DNA of 64,000 nucleotides, taken from NCBI GenBank assembly GCA_028285595.1, contig JANQOW010000048.1, forward strand, positions 25,495 to 89,494. Reading direction: 5' to 3'. Positions 36,533 to 47,200 of this stretch are shown piece by piece. The stretch comes from Hyphomicrobiales bacterium (GTDB taxonomy: Bacteria > Pseudomonadota > Alphaproteobacteria > Rhizobiales > CAJQND01). Position 1 is the stretch's first letter. Each line of letters starts with the position of its first letter. The position numbers and the translations under genes were made by a program. The notes beneath the pieces were generated by a model. The model did no database searches, was not told where the DNA came from, and was given only the letters and a program-made list of their open reading frames with translations.

Positions 36533-37858
36533 ATGGCATCAGCAGCATACATTGTCCTGGCCGCCGGCATGGGCACGCGCATGAAGTCTTCGCTGCCGAA
36601 AGTTCTGCACAAAATCGCCGGACGCTCTTTGCTGGCGCACGTCTTGACCAGTGTTGAGCAGGTGGATCCCGCAGAAGTGGTGGTGGTTGTGGGCCCGGAT
36701 ATGGATGCAGTGGCTGAAGAGGCGCTGAACTGCATCGAGACGGCAAAGATCGCCGTGCAAACCGAACGCTTGGGCACGGCGGACGCCGCGCGGGTCGCGT
36801 TGCCGCAAATTGAGGGCTTTGAAGGCCCGGTCCTTGTGCTGTTTGGCGACACCCCCCTGATCACCCCGGACACGCTTGCGGCCATGAGAGATCGCGTCAG
36901 CGCTGGTGCAGACCTTGCTGTTCTTGGGTTTGAGGCGGCCGATCCGAAGGGCTACGGCCGGTTGCTGCGTGATGGTGAGGGCAACCTCACAGCCATTCGC
37001 GAGGAAAAGGATGCCTCAGACGAAGAGCGCAAAGTGACGCTGTGCAATTCAGGGGTCATGTCGTTTGCAGCCTCCGCGCTCACCAGCCTTATTGGCAGGA
37101 TCGACAACAAAAACTCTCAGAACGAGTTTTACCTCACTGACGCGGTGGAATTGGCCTCTGCGGATGGGCTCAAGGTGGGCGTTGCCACATGTCCTGAAGA
37201 TGAAGTGATGGGCATCAACGACCGGGTGCAACTGGCAGAAGCAGAGGCGATCACCCAGACCAGGCTGCGCCATGCCGCCATGTTGGGCGGTGCCACGCTG
37301 GTTGCGCCGGAAAGCACGTTCCTAAGCGCAGACACCCGATTGGGCAGCGATGTGGTCGTGGAGCCCCATGTGGTGTTTGGCCCGGGGGCTGTCGTGGAAG
37401 ATGGCGCCCATATATTGAGTTTCTCTCACATTGAAGGCAGCATCGTTCGGGAAAATGCCTTGATTGGGCCTTATGCGCGTCTCAGACCTGGTGCTGATAT
37501 CGGCCAGGGGAGCAAGGTGGGAAATTTCGTTGAGGTGAAGAAGGCGGTGGTTGAGGCAGGCGCAAAGGTCAACCATCTGACCTATATTGGCGATGCCCGC
37601 GTAGGCGAAAAAGCCAATGTGGGGGCAGGCACGATCACCTGTAATTACGATGGTACCTCCAAGCATCACACAGATATCGGCGCCGGCGCCTTTATCGGCT
37701 CTAACAGCGCCCTCATTGCGCCGGTCAGCATCGGCGATGGCGCCTATGTGGGATCTGGCAGTGTGATCAGTAAGGATGTGAAGCCCGGCTCTCTTGCCGT
37801 CTCCAGAGCAAAGCAGGTGGAGAAAGAGAACTGGGCTTCGGGTAAGTTAAAGAAATAG
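36533..37858 (+). CDS. glmU: bifunctional UDP-N-acetylglucosamine pyrophosphorylase / GlcN-1-P acetyltransferase
   Basis: IVLAAGMGTRMKSSLPKVLH N-terminus and C-terminal left-handed beta-helix hexapeptide repeats. Confidence 0.95.
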   Translation: MASAAYIVLAAGMGTRMKSSLPKVLHKIAGRSLLAHVLTSVEQVDPAEVVVVVGPDMDAVAEEALNCIETAKIAVQTERLGTADAARVALPQIEGFEGPVLVLFGDTPLITPDTLAAMRDRVSAGADLAVLGFEAADPKGYGRLLRDGEGNLTAIREEKDASDEERKVTLCNSGVMSFAASALTSLIGRIDNKNSQNEFYLTDAVELASADGLKVGVATCPEDEVMGINDRVQLAEAEAITQTRLRHAAMLGGATLVAPESTFLSADTRLGSDVVVEPHVVFGPGAVVEDGAHILSFSHIEGSIVRENALIGPYARLRPGADIGQGSKVGNFVEVKKAVVEAGAKVNHLTYIGDARVGEKANVGAGTITCNYDGTSKHHTDIGAGAFIGSNSALIAPVSIGDGAYVGSGSVISKDVKPGSLAVSRAKQVEKENWASGKLKK

Positions 37859-37881
37859 GCTCAAGCGAAGGAAGCAGTGTC

Positions 37882-39699
37882 ATGTGCGGAATTGTTGGAA
37901 TTCTGGGAACCGGTGAAGTTGCACCCGACATCCTGTCTGCTTTGAAGCGGCTGGAATATCGCGGCTATGATTCTGCCGGGATTGCCACCCTTGTTGACGG
38001 CAAGATCGAGCGGCGCAGAGCGCCCGGCAAGCTGTTCAATCTGGAGCAGGTGATGTCCGACAGCCCGCTCACCGGTTCCTCGGGCATTGGCCACACCCGC
38101 TGGGCCACCCATGGCGCACCGACGCAAGGCAACGCCCATCCGCATCATGCGGGCCACGTGGCGATCGTCCACAATGGCATCATCGAAAACTACCGTGAGC
38201 TGCAAGAGAGCCTCGCCGCAAAAGGTGTTACGTTCGCAACCGAGACGGACACCGAGGTGGTGGCCCACTTGATCACCGCTGAGCTGGACTCCGGGAAAAC
38301 AGCCCGCGAAGCCGTCCCGGCCGTGCTGAACCGCCTGGAAGGTGCGTTTGCTTTTGCCATTTTGTTTGAAGGCCAGGAAGATCTGATGGTGGCTGCGCGC
38401 AAGGGCAGCCCTCTGGCGATCGGCTATGGAGATGCGCAGGTCTTCGTCGGCTCTGATGCAACGGCGCTTGCACCCTTCACCAACCGGGTGAGCTATCTGG
38501 AAGACGGCGACTGGGCGCTTCTAACCCGCTCATCGGTTGAGATCTTCGATGAAAAGGGCGATCCGGTGAAGCGTGCCGAACATTTCACCCAACTGTCAGG
38601 CGCGCTGGTGGACAAGGGCAGCCACAGGCATTTCATGGCCAAGGAAATCGCCGAGCAGCCCGAAGTGGTCGGGCACACCATGAGCGAGTACGTGAACCTG
38701 GCGGACCGGGTTGTGGATCTGCCGGCCAATCTGCCGTTCGACTTCGCCAACTTGAGCCGGCTCACCATTACAGCCTGCGGCACCGCGTTTTACGCCGGGC
38801 TGGTGGCCAAGCACTGGTTTGAACATTACGCCCGCTTGCCTGTGGATGTGGATGTCGCCTCGGAGTTCAGATACCGCGAACCGCCGCTCAGCGAAGGGGG
38901 CTTGTCCATTGTGATCTCCCAATCGGGCGAAACGGCCGACACGCTGGCCGCTCTGAACTACTGCAAATCGCAAGGCCAACACACCGCGGCCATCGTGAAC
39001 GTGCGCGAATCCACTATTGCGCGGGAATCCGACTGCATTTTGCCGACCTTTGCCGGACCGGAAATCGGGGTGGCCTCCACCAAGGCCTTTACCTGTCAGT
39101 TGACCGTGCTTGCCTGCCTGGCCATTGCCGCGGCCCGGGCCCGGGGCACAATCGATGCAGAACGCGAAAAGGCACTTGTGAGCGCATTGGTGGAAACCCC
39201 AAGGCACATTGCAGAGATCTTGCATCTGGAACCTCACATTTCCCAGGTGGCACACAAGATTGCCGGTGCGCGCGATGTGCTTTATCTGGGCCGTGGCGTG
39301 AATTACCCCATTGCTTTGGAGGGCGCGCTGAAGCTCAAAGAGATCTCCTACATTCATGCCGAGGGCTATGCCGCCGGCGAGCTGAAGCATGGCCCCATTG
39401 CGCTGATCGACGATCAGGTGCCCGTGGTGGTGATCGCGCCGCGTGATGAGCTCTATGAGAAGACGGTGTCCAACATGCAAGAAGTGGCAGCGCGTGGCGG
39501 CCGCATCGTGTTGATCAGCGATGACAGTGGAAACGGGGCCGGAGAGTTTGACCGGATCCTCGTTCCAAGCGCAGATCCGTTCATTAATCCTCTGCTCTAT
39601 TCCGTACCCGTCCAACTGCTTGCTTATCATGCCGCGGTGTTCATGGGGACGGACGTGGATCAGCCCCGGAATTTGGCGAAATCTGTGACGGTCGAATAA
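37882..39699 (+). CDS. glmS: glutamine--fructose-6-phosphate aminotransferase
   Basis: MCGIVGILG (N-terminal nucleophile Cys), two SIS domains, ending KSVTVE. Confidence 0.95.
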   Translation: MCGIVGILGTGEVAPDILSALKRLEYRGYDSAGIATLVDGKIERRRAPGKLFNLEQVMSDSPLTGSSGIGHTRWATHGAPTQGNAHPHHAGHVAIVHNGIIENYRELQESLAAKGVTFATETDTEVVAHLITAELDSGKTAREAVPAVLNRLEGAFAFAILFEGQEDLMVAARKGSPLAIGYGDAQVFVGSDATALAPFTNRVSYLEDGDWALLTRSSVEIFDEKGDPVKRAEHFTQLSGALVDKGSHRHFMAKEIAEQPEVVGHTMSEYVNLADRVVDLPANLPFDFANLSRLTITACGTAFYAGLVAKHWFEHYARLPVDVDVASEFRYREPPLSEGGLSIVISQSGETADTLAALNYCKSQGQHTAAIVNVRESTIARESDCILPTFAGPEIGVASTKAFTCQLTVLACLAIAAARARGTIDAEREKALVSALVETPRHIAEILHLEPHISQVAHKIAGARDVLYLGRGVNYPIALEGALKLKEISYIHAEGYAAGELKHGPIALIDDQVPVVVIAPRDELYEKTVSNMQEVAARGGRIVLISDDSGNGAGEFDRILVPSADPFINPLLYSVPVQLLAYHAAVFMGTDVDQPRNLAKSVTVE

Positions 39700-39769
39700 G
39701 GCTAACAAACCTTATAAACTGTGCTGAAAATAACACAGGTGTTTTAGCGTTCATTAACCGATACTGCCG

Positions 39770-41272
39770 ATGATGGGATCCATGAGACTCGTCGGCATAG
39801 TAGGCGCATCGTGTGTTGCGTGCACAGCACTTCTCTCCTTTCAGGGCGGTGCTGTGGCAAGTTCCATTGTGGGTGAAGAAGCCCCAAAAGCCGCCGTTTC
39901 CGCGGCTTCCCAAAAGGCTTGGAGCACCGATCTTAAGTTCGGCCGTTACAAAGCTGCGATTGACGCTTTGGACGCTGCCCTGTCCGCCAAAGGCCTCGAT
40001 GAAGAGCAGCGTGCCGTTGCGCTGATTAATAGAGGTTTGGCGCTCCAGCAGCTTAAGAAATACAAGCAGGCTGTGCGCGACTATTCGGCGGCATTGAAAT
40101 TTGATGCCTTGGCGGCGAAAACCCGCGCCACGGTGATCTATAACCGGGGGATCGCCTATCACAAGCTGAAGCGTGCAGCGCTGGCCATCGAAGACTTCAC
40201 CAACGCGCTTTATCTGAACGTGGAGTTCTCGCACGCTTACTATGCGCGTGGACGCCTGATGCAGGAAGTGGGGCGACACGAGTTCGCTCTGGCCGACTTC
40301 AAGATGGCCATGAAGTATCACTACCCCGCACCCCATCTGCCGTTTTACGGCCAGGCCTTGGCCTATCAGTCCACTCAGCAGAAGGCAAAGGCGCGCAAGG
40401 CGCTGTCTCGGGCTCTATTGCTGAAACCCGACTTCAAGCCCGCCCTCGACCGATATGCCGAGTTGACCGGCACTCCCTACAGCGCCAAGGGGTTGGTGCT
40501 GCCGGCGAGCAAGATTTCACCCATTATCGCAAAACGCGAAACGGCGGCTAAGCCTCAGGTTGCCGCCAGATCCAGCCTTAGCCAGAAGACACTGGCAAGC
40601 CTGCCCAAGGCCATTGCGCCCACGCCGGAAATGATGGCCGCTGCCGGCGGCGCCCAAAAACTGATCGGTGTTGATCCGATCGTTACCGGCAGCACGCCAA
40701 AGGCGGTACAGACCGCGCAGAAACCGGTCGATACCAAGCTGCCGTTCCGCTACCCGGGGATGGTGGGGGCCACCAAGGCCGTTCCGACAAAAACCCCGAA
40801 AATGGTGATGACGGATCTGCGGCCGCAGGCCCAGGAAAAGGCCAAGAGCGGCGGGCCGGTGATCCTTGATCCGCAGCAGACCAGCATTTCCGAGCAACCA
40901 GCGGAAATCACGCCTCAAGCTGATGAAAGCACGCGCGTTGCCTCCCTCAGCGGCGCCACCGACGTCTCGTCTGATGCTTCAAACTCCAACCAGAGCAGTG
41001 AAACCGAGACCCAACAGCTAAAGGGTTGGTTCATCCAGCTCAATGCACAGCGCAGCGAAGATGCCGCCAAGAAGGTCTGGGAAAAGTATAAGGCCAAGTA
41101 CGGACGCGCTCTCAAAGGCACGCAAGTGGTCTATCAGCGTGCAGACCTTGGCGACAAAGGCATCTACTGGCGAGTGCGTCTGGGCGCTTATGACGACAGA
41201 TCGTCTGCCAACAAGAAGTGCCGCAGGCTGAAGCGTTCGGGCCTTCGCTGTTTTGTGGTCCGGGCGGGCTAA
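39770..41272 (+). CDS. TPR-repeat protein with C-terminal SPOR domain
   Basis: Signal-like N-terminus, TPR-like YNRGIAYHKLKRAALAIEDFTNALYLN, and a C-terminal GWFIQLNAQRSEDAAKK...YWRVRLGAY. Confidence 0.8.
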   Translation: MMGSMRLVGIVGASCVACTALLSFQGGAVASSIVGEEAPKAAVSAASQKAWSTDLKFGRYKAAIDALDAALSAKGLDEEQRAVALINRGLALQQLKKYKQAVRDYSAALKFDALAAKTRATVIYNRGIAYHKLKRAALAIEDFTNALYLNVEFSHAYYARGRLMQEVGRHEFALADFKMAMKYHYPAPHLPFYGQALAYQSTQQKAKARKALSRALLLKPDFKPALDRYAELTGTPYSAKGLVLPASKISPIIAKRETAAKPQVAARSSLSQKTLASLPKAIAPTPEMMAAAGGAQKLIGVDPIVTGSTPKAVQTAQKPVDTKLPFRYPGMVGATKAVPTKTPKMVMTDLRPQAQEKAKSGGPVILDPQQTSISEQPAEITPQADESTRVASLSGATDVSSDASNSNQSSETETQQLKGWFIQLNAQRSEDAAKKVWEKYKAKYGRALKGTQVVYQRADLGDKGIYWRVRLGAYDDRSSANKKCRRLKRSGLRCFVVRAG

Positions 41273-41292
41273 AGCAGCAGTTCGCGAACCTG

Positions 41293-41715
41293 ATGATGAA
41301 GACAAAGAGCCGGCGGCGGGACCGGCTCCTGCGCTTGGCTGCGTTTGGGGTCATCGGTGCCGTGGTGACGGGGCCGGTTCAGAGCGAAGACCTCTCCGAA
41401 GCGCTGCGGCTATGGAAGTTTACATACAAGCTGGAAGTGGATGCTTATGGCATCCAGTACATGAGCGAGGACCTGTTGAACCTCGCGGCAGACCAACTTG
41501 AGACGGCTGCTGGACAGACCCAGGTGACCAATTCTGAGATGACCGTCTGCCTTGAGGCATCACGGCAGCTCTCAAAGTACTTCCGCGCAGCGGCCAACAA
41601 AAGCGGCGCCACGGCGCGGCGTGAGATCCGCGGGCAGTATGAACCGGCCAGGGCGGGCTGTCTGCGGCTGCTGGGTGCCGATCCGGCAAAATATACCCTG
41701 GGGTGGCCGGACTAG
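41293..41715 (+). CDS. hypothetical secreted protein
   Basis: MMKTKSRRRDRLLRLAAFGVIGAVVTGPVQSE signal-like N-terminus. No family recognised. Confidence 0.5.
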   Translation: MMKTKSRRRDRLLRLAAFGVIGAVVTGPVQSEDLSEALRLWKFTYKLEVDAYGIQYMSEDLLNLAADQLETAAGQTQVTNSEMTVCLEASRQLSKYFRAAANKSGATARREIRGQYEPARAGCLRLLGADPAKYTLGWPD

Positions 41716-41738
41716 CGCGCCTTCTCTGCACGGCCCGC

Positions 41739-42101
41739 TCAGGGCTCTGACGGCCGCCTTACCAGCCACACGGCCACGCACGCCAACGTTGTGCCCACCA
41801 CAGTAACAACTGCCCAATGAGCCTGGCTGAAGAACGCCAGCCACACCATGCTGGCGCTCATCATGGTCACGGCGAGGATTTTGGCTTTCACGGGCACAAT
41901 GCCGTGATCGCTCCAATCGGTAATGTAGGGGCCCAACGTCTTGTGGGTTCTGAGCCACTCCGCCAGGCGCGGCGATGAGTTCATAAACCCCCAAAGTGCG
42001 ACCAGCAGAAACGGGGTTGTGGGCAGCAAGGGCAGAAAAATCCCGATGACGCCCAGGCCCACGCACAGCCAGGCCAACCCTAGATAGAAAATTCTCTTCA
42101 C
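41739..42101 (-). CDS. DUF454 (YbaN-like) inner membrane protein
   Basis: (V)KRIFYLGLAWLCVGLGVIGIFLPLLPTTPFLLVA. GTG 42101 is chosen because homologues begin just before this motif. The track ORF extends to 42221. Confidence 0.7.
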   Translation of the reverse strand: MKRIFYLGLAWLCVGLGVIGIFLPLLPTTPFLLVALWGFMNSSPRLAEWLRTHKTLGPYITDWSDHGIVPVKAKILAVTMMSASMVWLAFFSQAHWAVVTVVGTTLACVAVWLVRRPSEP

Positions 42102-42256
42102 CGCCAATTGCCAGTCATATTTGTGAGCCAACGTGCTACAAGGAGTTCGTAACCATAGTTTTACAGCGTTCCTCAATGTTTCTGCCTTAAGATAGGCGAG
42201 ACTATGGGGAAAAGGGGCCAAAGACCCCTTCCAAATTTGGGAGTGCGTGTCAGTCT

Positions 42257-43048
42257 ATGCCAGACTCACGAGATAAGAAGTCGCGCCGCGCGTTCGGCGC
42301 ACCCTTACCAAGGCCAGGTTTCTTCGCGCGGTTGCGCACATACTTCCTGACCGGGTTCGTGGTGGCCGCGCCGATTGCAATCACGGTCTATTTGACCTGG
42401 TGGTTTGTCTCCCTGTTTGACGCCTGGATCAAGCCGTTCGTTCCACCTGGCTTCAATCCGGACAACTATCTGCCGTTTTCCGTGCCGGGTGTGGGCCTGC
42501 TGCTGGCTCTTTTTGGCATCACGGTTATTGGCGCGCTCACCGCCAACCTGTTTGGCCGCACTATCGTTGCGTACTGGGAGAGTGTGCTGGACCGGATGCC
42601 CGTGGTGCGCAACGTCTACCGGGCGCTGAAGCAAATCTTCGAGACGGCTCTGGCGCAAAGCTCTTCCTCGTTCCGCGAGGTTGTGCTGATCGAGTATCCG
42701 CGTAAGGGCTTGTTTGCGATCGCCTTTGTGTCGCGTGATACGGTGGGGGAGATCCCCCTGAAGGCAGATCATGGTGACATGGTCAGTGTTTTTCTGCCCA
42801 CAACCCCCAACCCAACCTCCGGTTTTCTCTTGTTTGTGCCGGTGGCCGACATCATCCGGCTGGATATGTCGGTGGAACAAGCGGCCAAGCTCGTGATTTC
42901 CGCTGGCCTCGTGGTGCCAAATCACGACCCGGAGGGCAATGGCGAAGAAGGCAAGGTTCCCGAAATCACTGAAGATGCCGCAGAACGGCTGATCAAGAAG
43001 CACGCCAAGAAACCAGCCAAAACCCCTAAGAAGCCGGAAAACGTCTAG
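42257..43048 (+). CDS. DUF502 family membrane protein
   Basis: RMPVVRNVYRALKQIFE and LPTTPNPTSGFLLFVP motifs. Confidence 0.75.
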   Translation: MPDSRDKKSRRAFGAPLPRPGFFARLRTYFLTGFVVAAPIAITVYLTWWFVSLFDAWIKPFVPPGFNPDNYLPFSVPGVGLLLALFGITVIGALTANLFGRTIVAYWESVLDRMPVVRNVYRALKQIFETALAQSSSSFREVVLIEYPRKGLFAIAFVSRDTVGEIPLKADHGDMVSVFLPTTPNPTSGFLLFVPVADIIRLDMSVEQAAKLVISAGLVVPNHDPEGNGEEGKVPEITEDAAERLIKKHAKKPAKTPKKPENV

Positions 43049-43187
43049 CGTTGCCGGCTCAGGCAAAAGATTAGCGGGGCTGGCAGCGGCGTCACGCGCG
43101 CACCAACTGATCAGTTGCCTCATCCAATTGCGCTTTTGCTCAAGGCACATTATTGATGCGCGCTTGGATGCACCGCGAGTTCTGGAG

Positions 43188-43883
43188 ATGAGCCCCATGG
43201 GATATGTGATTACGCCGCCACCTGCCGCTGTTTTGCCTGTGCGGGGCTCCGCAGATGTGTTTCCGGTGCACCGGATCTATTGCGTCGGCCGCAATTACGC
43301 TGCCCACGCCATTGAGATGGGCCACGATCCTGACCGCGAAGCGCCGTTTTTCTTCCAGAAGAACCCGGACAACCTGCTGATCAACGGGGCCGACTTCCCC
43401 TATCCGCCCAACTCGGAAGATGTGCATCATGAAATCGAGCTCGTGGTGGCGCTGAAATCAGGCGGGACAAACATCCCGGTGGAAGAGGCGCTGAACTGCG
43501 TCTACGGCTATGCGGTCGGGCTCGATATGACCCGGCGCGACCTCCAGGCTCAGTGCAAGAAGGCCGGCCGGCCGTGGGAGATCGGCAAGGCGTTCGAGCA
43601 GTCCGCCCCGTGCGGCGATCTGGTGCCGGCCTCTGAAATCGGTAACCCGGACAGTGGCGCCATCTGGCTGAAGGTGAATGGCGAGTTGCGCCAGGAAGGG
43701 GACCTGAACCAGCTCATCTGGAAAGTACCGGAGATGATCGCCTATCTCTCAGGGCTCTTTGAACTGATGCCCGGCGACCTTATTATGTCGGGCACGCCCG
43801 CCGGTGTTGCAGCGGTCAGCCGGGGCGATGAAATGCACGGCTTCATCGAAGGGGTCGGCGCGCTCAGCACCAAGGTGGTTTAA
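43188..43883 (+). CDS. fumarylacetoacetate hydrolase (FAH) family protein
   Basis: IYCVGRNYAAHAIEMG, HHEIELVV and SGTPAGV motifs. The start is 43188 or 43197. Confidence 0.85.
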   Translation: MSPMGYVITPPPAAVLPVRGSADVFPVHRIYCVGRNYAAHAIEMGHDPDREAPFFFQKNPDNLLINGADFPYPPNSEDVHHEIELVVALKSGGTNIPVEEALNCVYGYAVGLDMTRRDLQAQCKKAGRPWEIGKAFEQSAPCGDLVPASEIGNPDSGAIWLKVNGELRQEGDLNQLIWKVPEMIAYLSGLFELMPGDLIMSGTPAGVAAVSRGDEMHGFIEGVGALSTKVV

Positions 43884-44232
43884 GCCGGCTTGTGCCCCCG
43901 AACAGCCATTTTGTGCACGCAAGCGCTGAGTGTGAGCCCAAAACTGGCCATGCTTTTGCCAGTCATTCGGCATGACATTAACTCTATTGGAAAATGTGGC
44001 GGCGGACATGCCGCCTGAAGCATATACCCTAAATGGTTGATTCCGGACGCAGAGTCGGACAGCGCTAAAGTCATCCAAATTAGTCGAATCAAGTTTCATA
44101 AAATCCCGGTATCGATTCGCAGCAGCCGTTAAGAAATCGAACTTACGCCCTCTGACAGCCAACCTATGGCCCCCCCTCCATGCGCAGCTTCGCGCGGGGA
44201 TCTACACGACTGTTACGAGAGGGAAATCATAA

Positions 44233-47200
44233 ATGTTCGACGACGAGTTCACTGGCTCTGAAAAGGGCGATACCTTCAAACTTGGCAGCGGCCGGCAATC
44301 TGTGGAAGGCAGTTCAGGCCGGGACCGGATCATCTCTTACGGTGACGCAGGCGAGCCAGACCCGGCGCAAACGGATGGCGCGCAAGGGCGATACGGCCCA
44401 GCCTTGCCGGAAGGCTCCGGCGATGATGAGGTCTCAGGCGGGGCCGGCGGGGACATTTTCGAGTTCCGCGCGCTTCTCAATGCGACCGACGAGGTAAAAG
44501 CCCAGCACACCGGCAAGAACGGCGCTGTGAACTGGCGCGGCGTGGCCGGGGAGAATGATGATGTGCACGGCCATTGGGTTGAAGGGTTCGGCAACGACAC
44601 GGTTTTGGATTACTCCAAGGAGGATGGCGATCAAATCATCATCCGCGGCCACACCGTAGAGATTGCCAGCATCACCTACGGCGAGGATGCAGGCGGCAGT
44701 TACTCCCTGATCACTGTGATCAGTCAGCAGGGTGATGGCGGCGCCGGTGGGGCCAATACACAAACCGGTGCTCATGACGAGGACCCGTTGGGCACCGTCA
44801 AGGTCTATGGCGACAAGGTGACCGAAGCAGACGTGGACGTCCAGGCTGCGGGCGTGTTTGACGGGGTGGACCAATTGGCTGAGGCCAATAAGCTCGCCGA
44901 TTATAACGGCGGCTCCCAGCAATTCGGCAGCCGGATTGATGGCGAAACCATCGAAACGGCTCCTGCGGACATCGAAACCAAAGACACGATCACCATAGGA
45001 GAGGGCGCCCAAACGGTGATTGCCGGCGCCGGGCGGGATATCCTGGTGAGTTATTCCGATGATGGCGAGCCTGATCCGGCCCAGACCAACGGCGCCGACG
45101 GTCGGGTCAATCCTCCCGTTGCAGAGGGCGAAGCCAATGATGTGCTGATTGGCGGCCAAGGGGCCGACCTCTTCGCATTCAAACTCTTGCTGGATGCCAA
45201 GCAGGAGATCTTGGACAAACACACCCGCGACGATGGAACCGTAAACTGGCGCAAGGTGGCCGGTGAGAACGAGAATGTCCACGACCACTGGGTGCAGGGC
45301 ATCGGCGACGACATGATCAAGGATTTCTCCAATCAGGACGGGGACAAGATCCTGATCCGTGGCCACACAGTTGAGATACAAGCTATTGAGTATGGTGAGG
45401 ATGACGGCGGGGACTACTCTTTGATCATCCTACGTTCCCAGCAGGGCGACAATGGCGGCGCCCATGATGAAGATCCCCTCGGCTCCATCAAGGTTTATGG
45501 CGACAAGGTCACCGAAGATCAGATCAAGCTCCAGGCAGCCGGCGTGTTCGATGGTGCCGATAAGCTCGATCAGATCGAGCAGACACCAAACGCCCCGATT
45601 GCCGAACCTGAGGTCGCTTCCGAGCCGGCCGGGAACCTGGGCGGTCAGGAGTTCGAAGGTTCAAACCGCGGTAACACGATCGTTCTGGGCAGCGGACAGC
45701 AAACCGCAGACGGCAATGCCGGGTCAGACAGGATCATCTCCTATGGGGATGCCGGCGAGCCCGATCCAGCGCAAACCGAGGGCGCGGAGGGCCGGGTCAC
45801 ACCGCCAATACCCGATGGTTCCGCCAATGACATCCTGACAGGCGGCTCTGGCCGGGACATCTTTGAGTTCCGCGCGCTTTTGAACGCCAAAGCAGAGGTG
45901 ATTGCCGAGCACACCAACAAGAACGGATCCGTCAACTGGCGCAAGGTGGCCGGTGAGAATGATGATGTGCACAATCACTGGGTTCAGGGTTTCGGTGACG
46001 ATATCATCACCGACTACACCAAGGCCGATGGCGACAAGATCATCATCCGCGGTCACACGGTGGAAATTACCGACATTACCTATGGTGAAGACGAAGGGGG
46101 GTCTTACTCTCTCATCCGGGTGATCAGCCAGCAAGGCGACGGCGGTGCGGGCGGGGCCAACACAGCCACCGGAGCTCATGATGAGGATCCTTTGGGCTCT
46201 GTGAAGGTCTATGGTGACAAAGTCACCGAAAAGGACATCAAGGTGCAGGCCGCAGGCGTGTTCGACGGTGTCGATCAGTTGGTCCAGGCGGACAAACTTG
46301 CCGATTACAATGGCGGCAGTCAGTCGTTCGGAAGCCGGACGGATGGCGAGGAGATCGAAACCGCGCCCGACGCTCTGAAAACCAAGGATTACATCCGCTT
46401 AGGCGAAGGCGCTCAGACGGTTGATGCCGGGGCGGGCAATGACACCATTGTCATCTACTCCGACGCAGGCGAGCCTGATCCCGCTCAAACCGAAGGCGCA
46501 GCCGGCCGGGTTAATCCACCGGTGGATCCTTCGACGGTCAACGACGTGGTGAGCGGCGGCCAGGGCAGAGACATCTTTAAGTTCAACCTGCTGCTGGATG
46601 CCACCGATGAGGTCAAGGCTCAGCACACCCGATCCGACGGAAGCGTCAATTGGCGCGGCGTGGCCGGGGAAAATGACGATGTGCATTCCCACTGGGTGCA
46701 AGGCATCGGCCAGGATGTGATCAAGGATTTCTCCAACCAGGACGGCGACCAGATCATTGTGCGCGGTCACACTGTGGAGATCGCAGACATCACCTATGGG
46801 GAGGATGAAAACGGTGACTATTCCCTGATCATCTTGCGGTCCCAACAGGGCGATGGCGGTGCCGGCGGCGCGAACACGCAAACCGGAGCCCATGATGAGG
46901 ACCCGTTGGGCTCAATCATGGTCTATGGCGATAAGGTGACCGAAAACGACATTAAGGTGCAGGCCGCAGGCGTCTTTGACGGAGTCGACAAACTGGAGAC
47001 CATTACGTCGGACGTCCAGGGTCCTGTGACCGCAGGTGTCACGCCTTCATCGGGCTCCTACACCGGCACAGAGCGCAGTGATCTCATCATCGCGGGCAGC
47101 GGCCAGCAAACCGTCAACGGCGGTCGAGGGTCAGACAGGATCATCTCCTTTGGCGATGGGGGTGAACCTGATCCGGCCCAAACCGAGGGCTCCAAGGGCA

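Noticed and set aside
37859-37881. Looked for a glmS ribozyme or other leader upstream of glmS.
   Set aside because: Only 23 nt separate glmU and glmS, which leaves no room for a ribozyme. That element is in any case characteristic of Gram-positive bacteria.
43880-44162. Minus-strand ORFs 43880-44092 and 43749-44162 upstream of the giant gene, considered as possible partner genes.
   Set aside because: They have no recognisable motifs or RBS and overlap the FAH gene end. They are more likely non-coding promoter or leader DNA for the giant gene.
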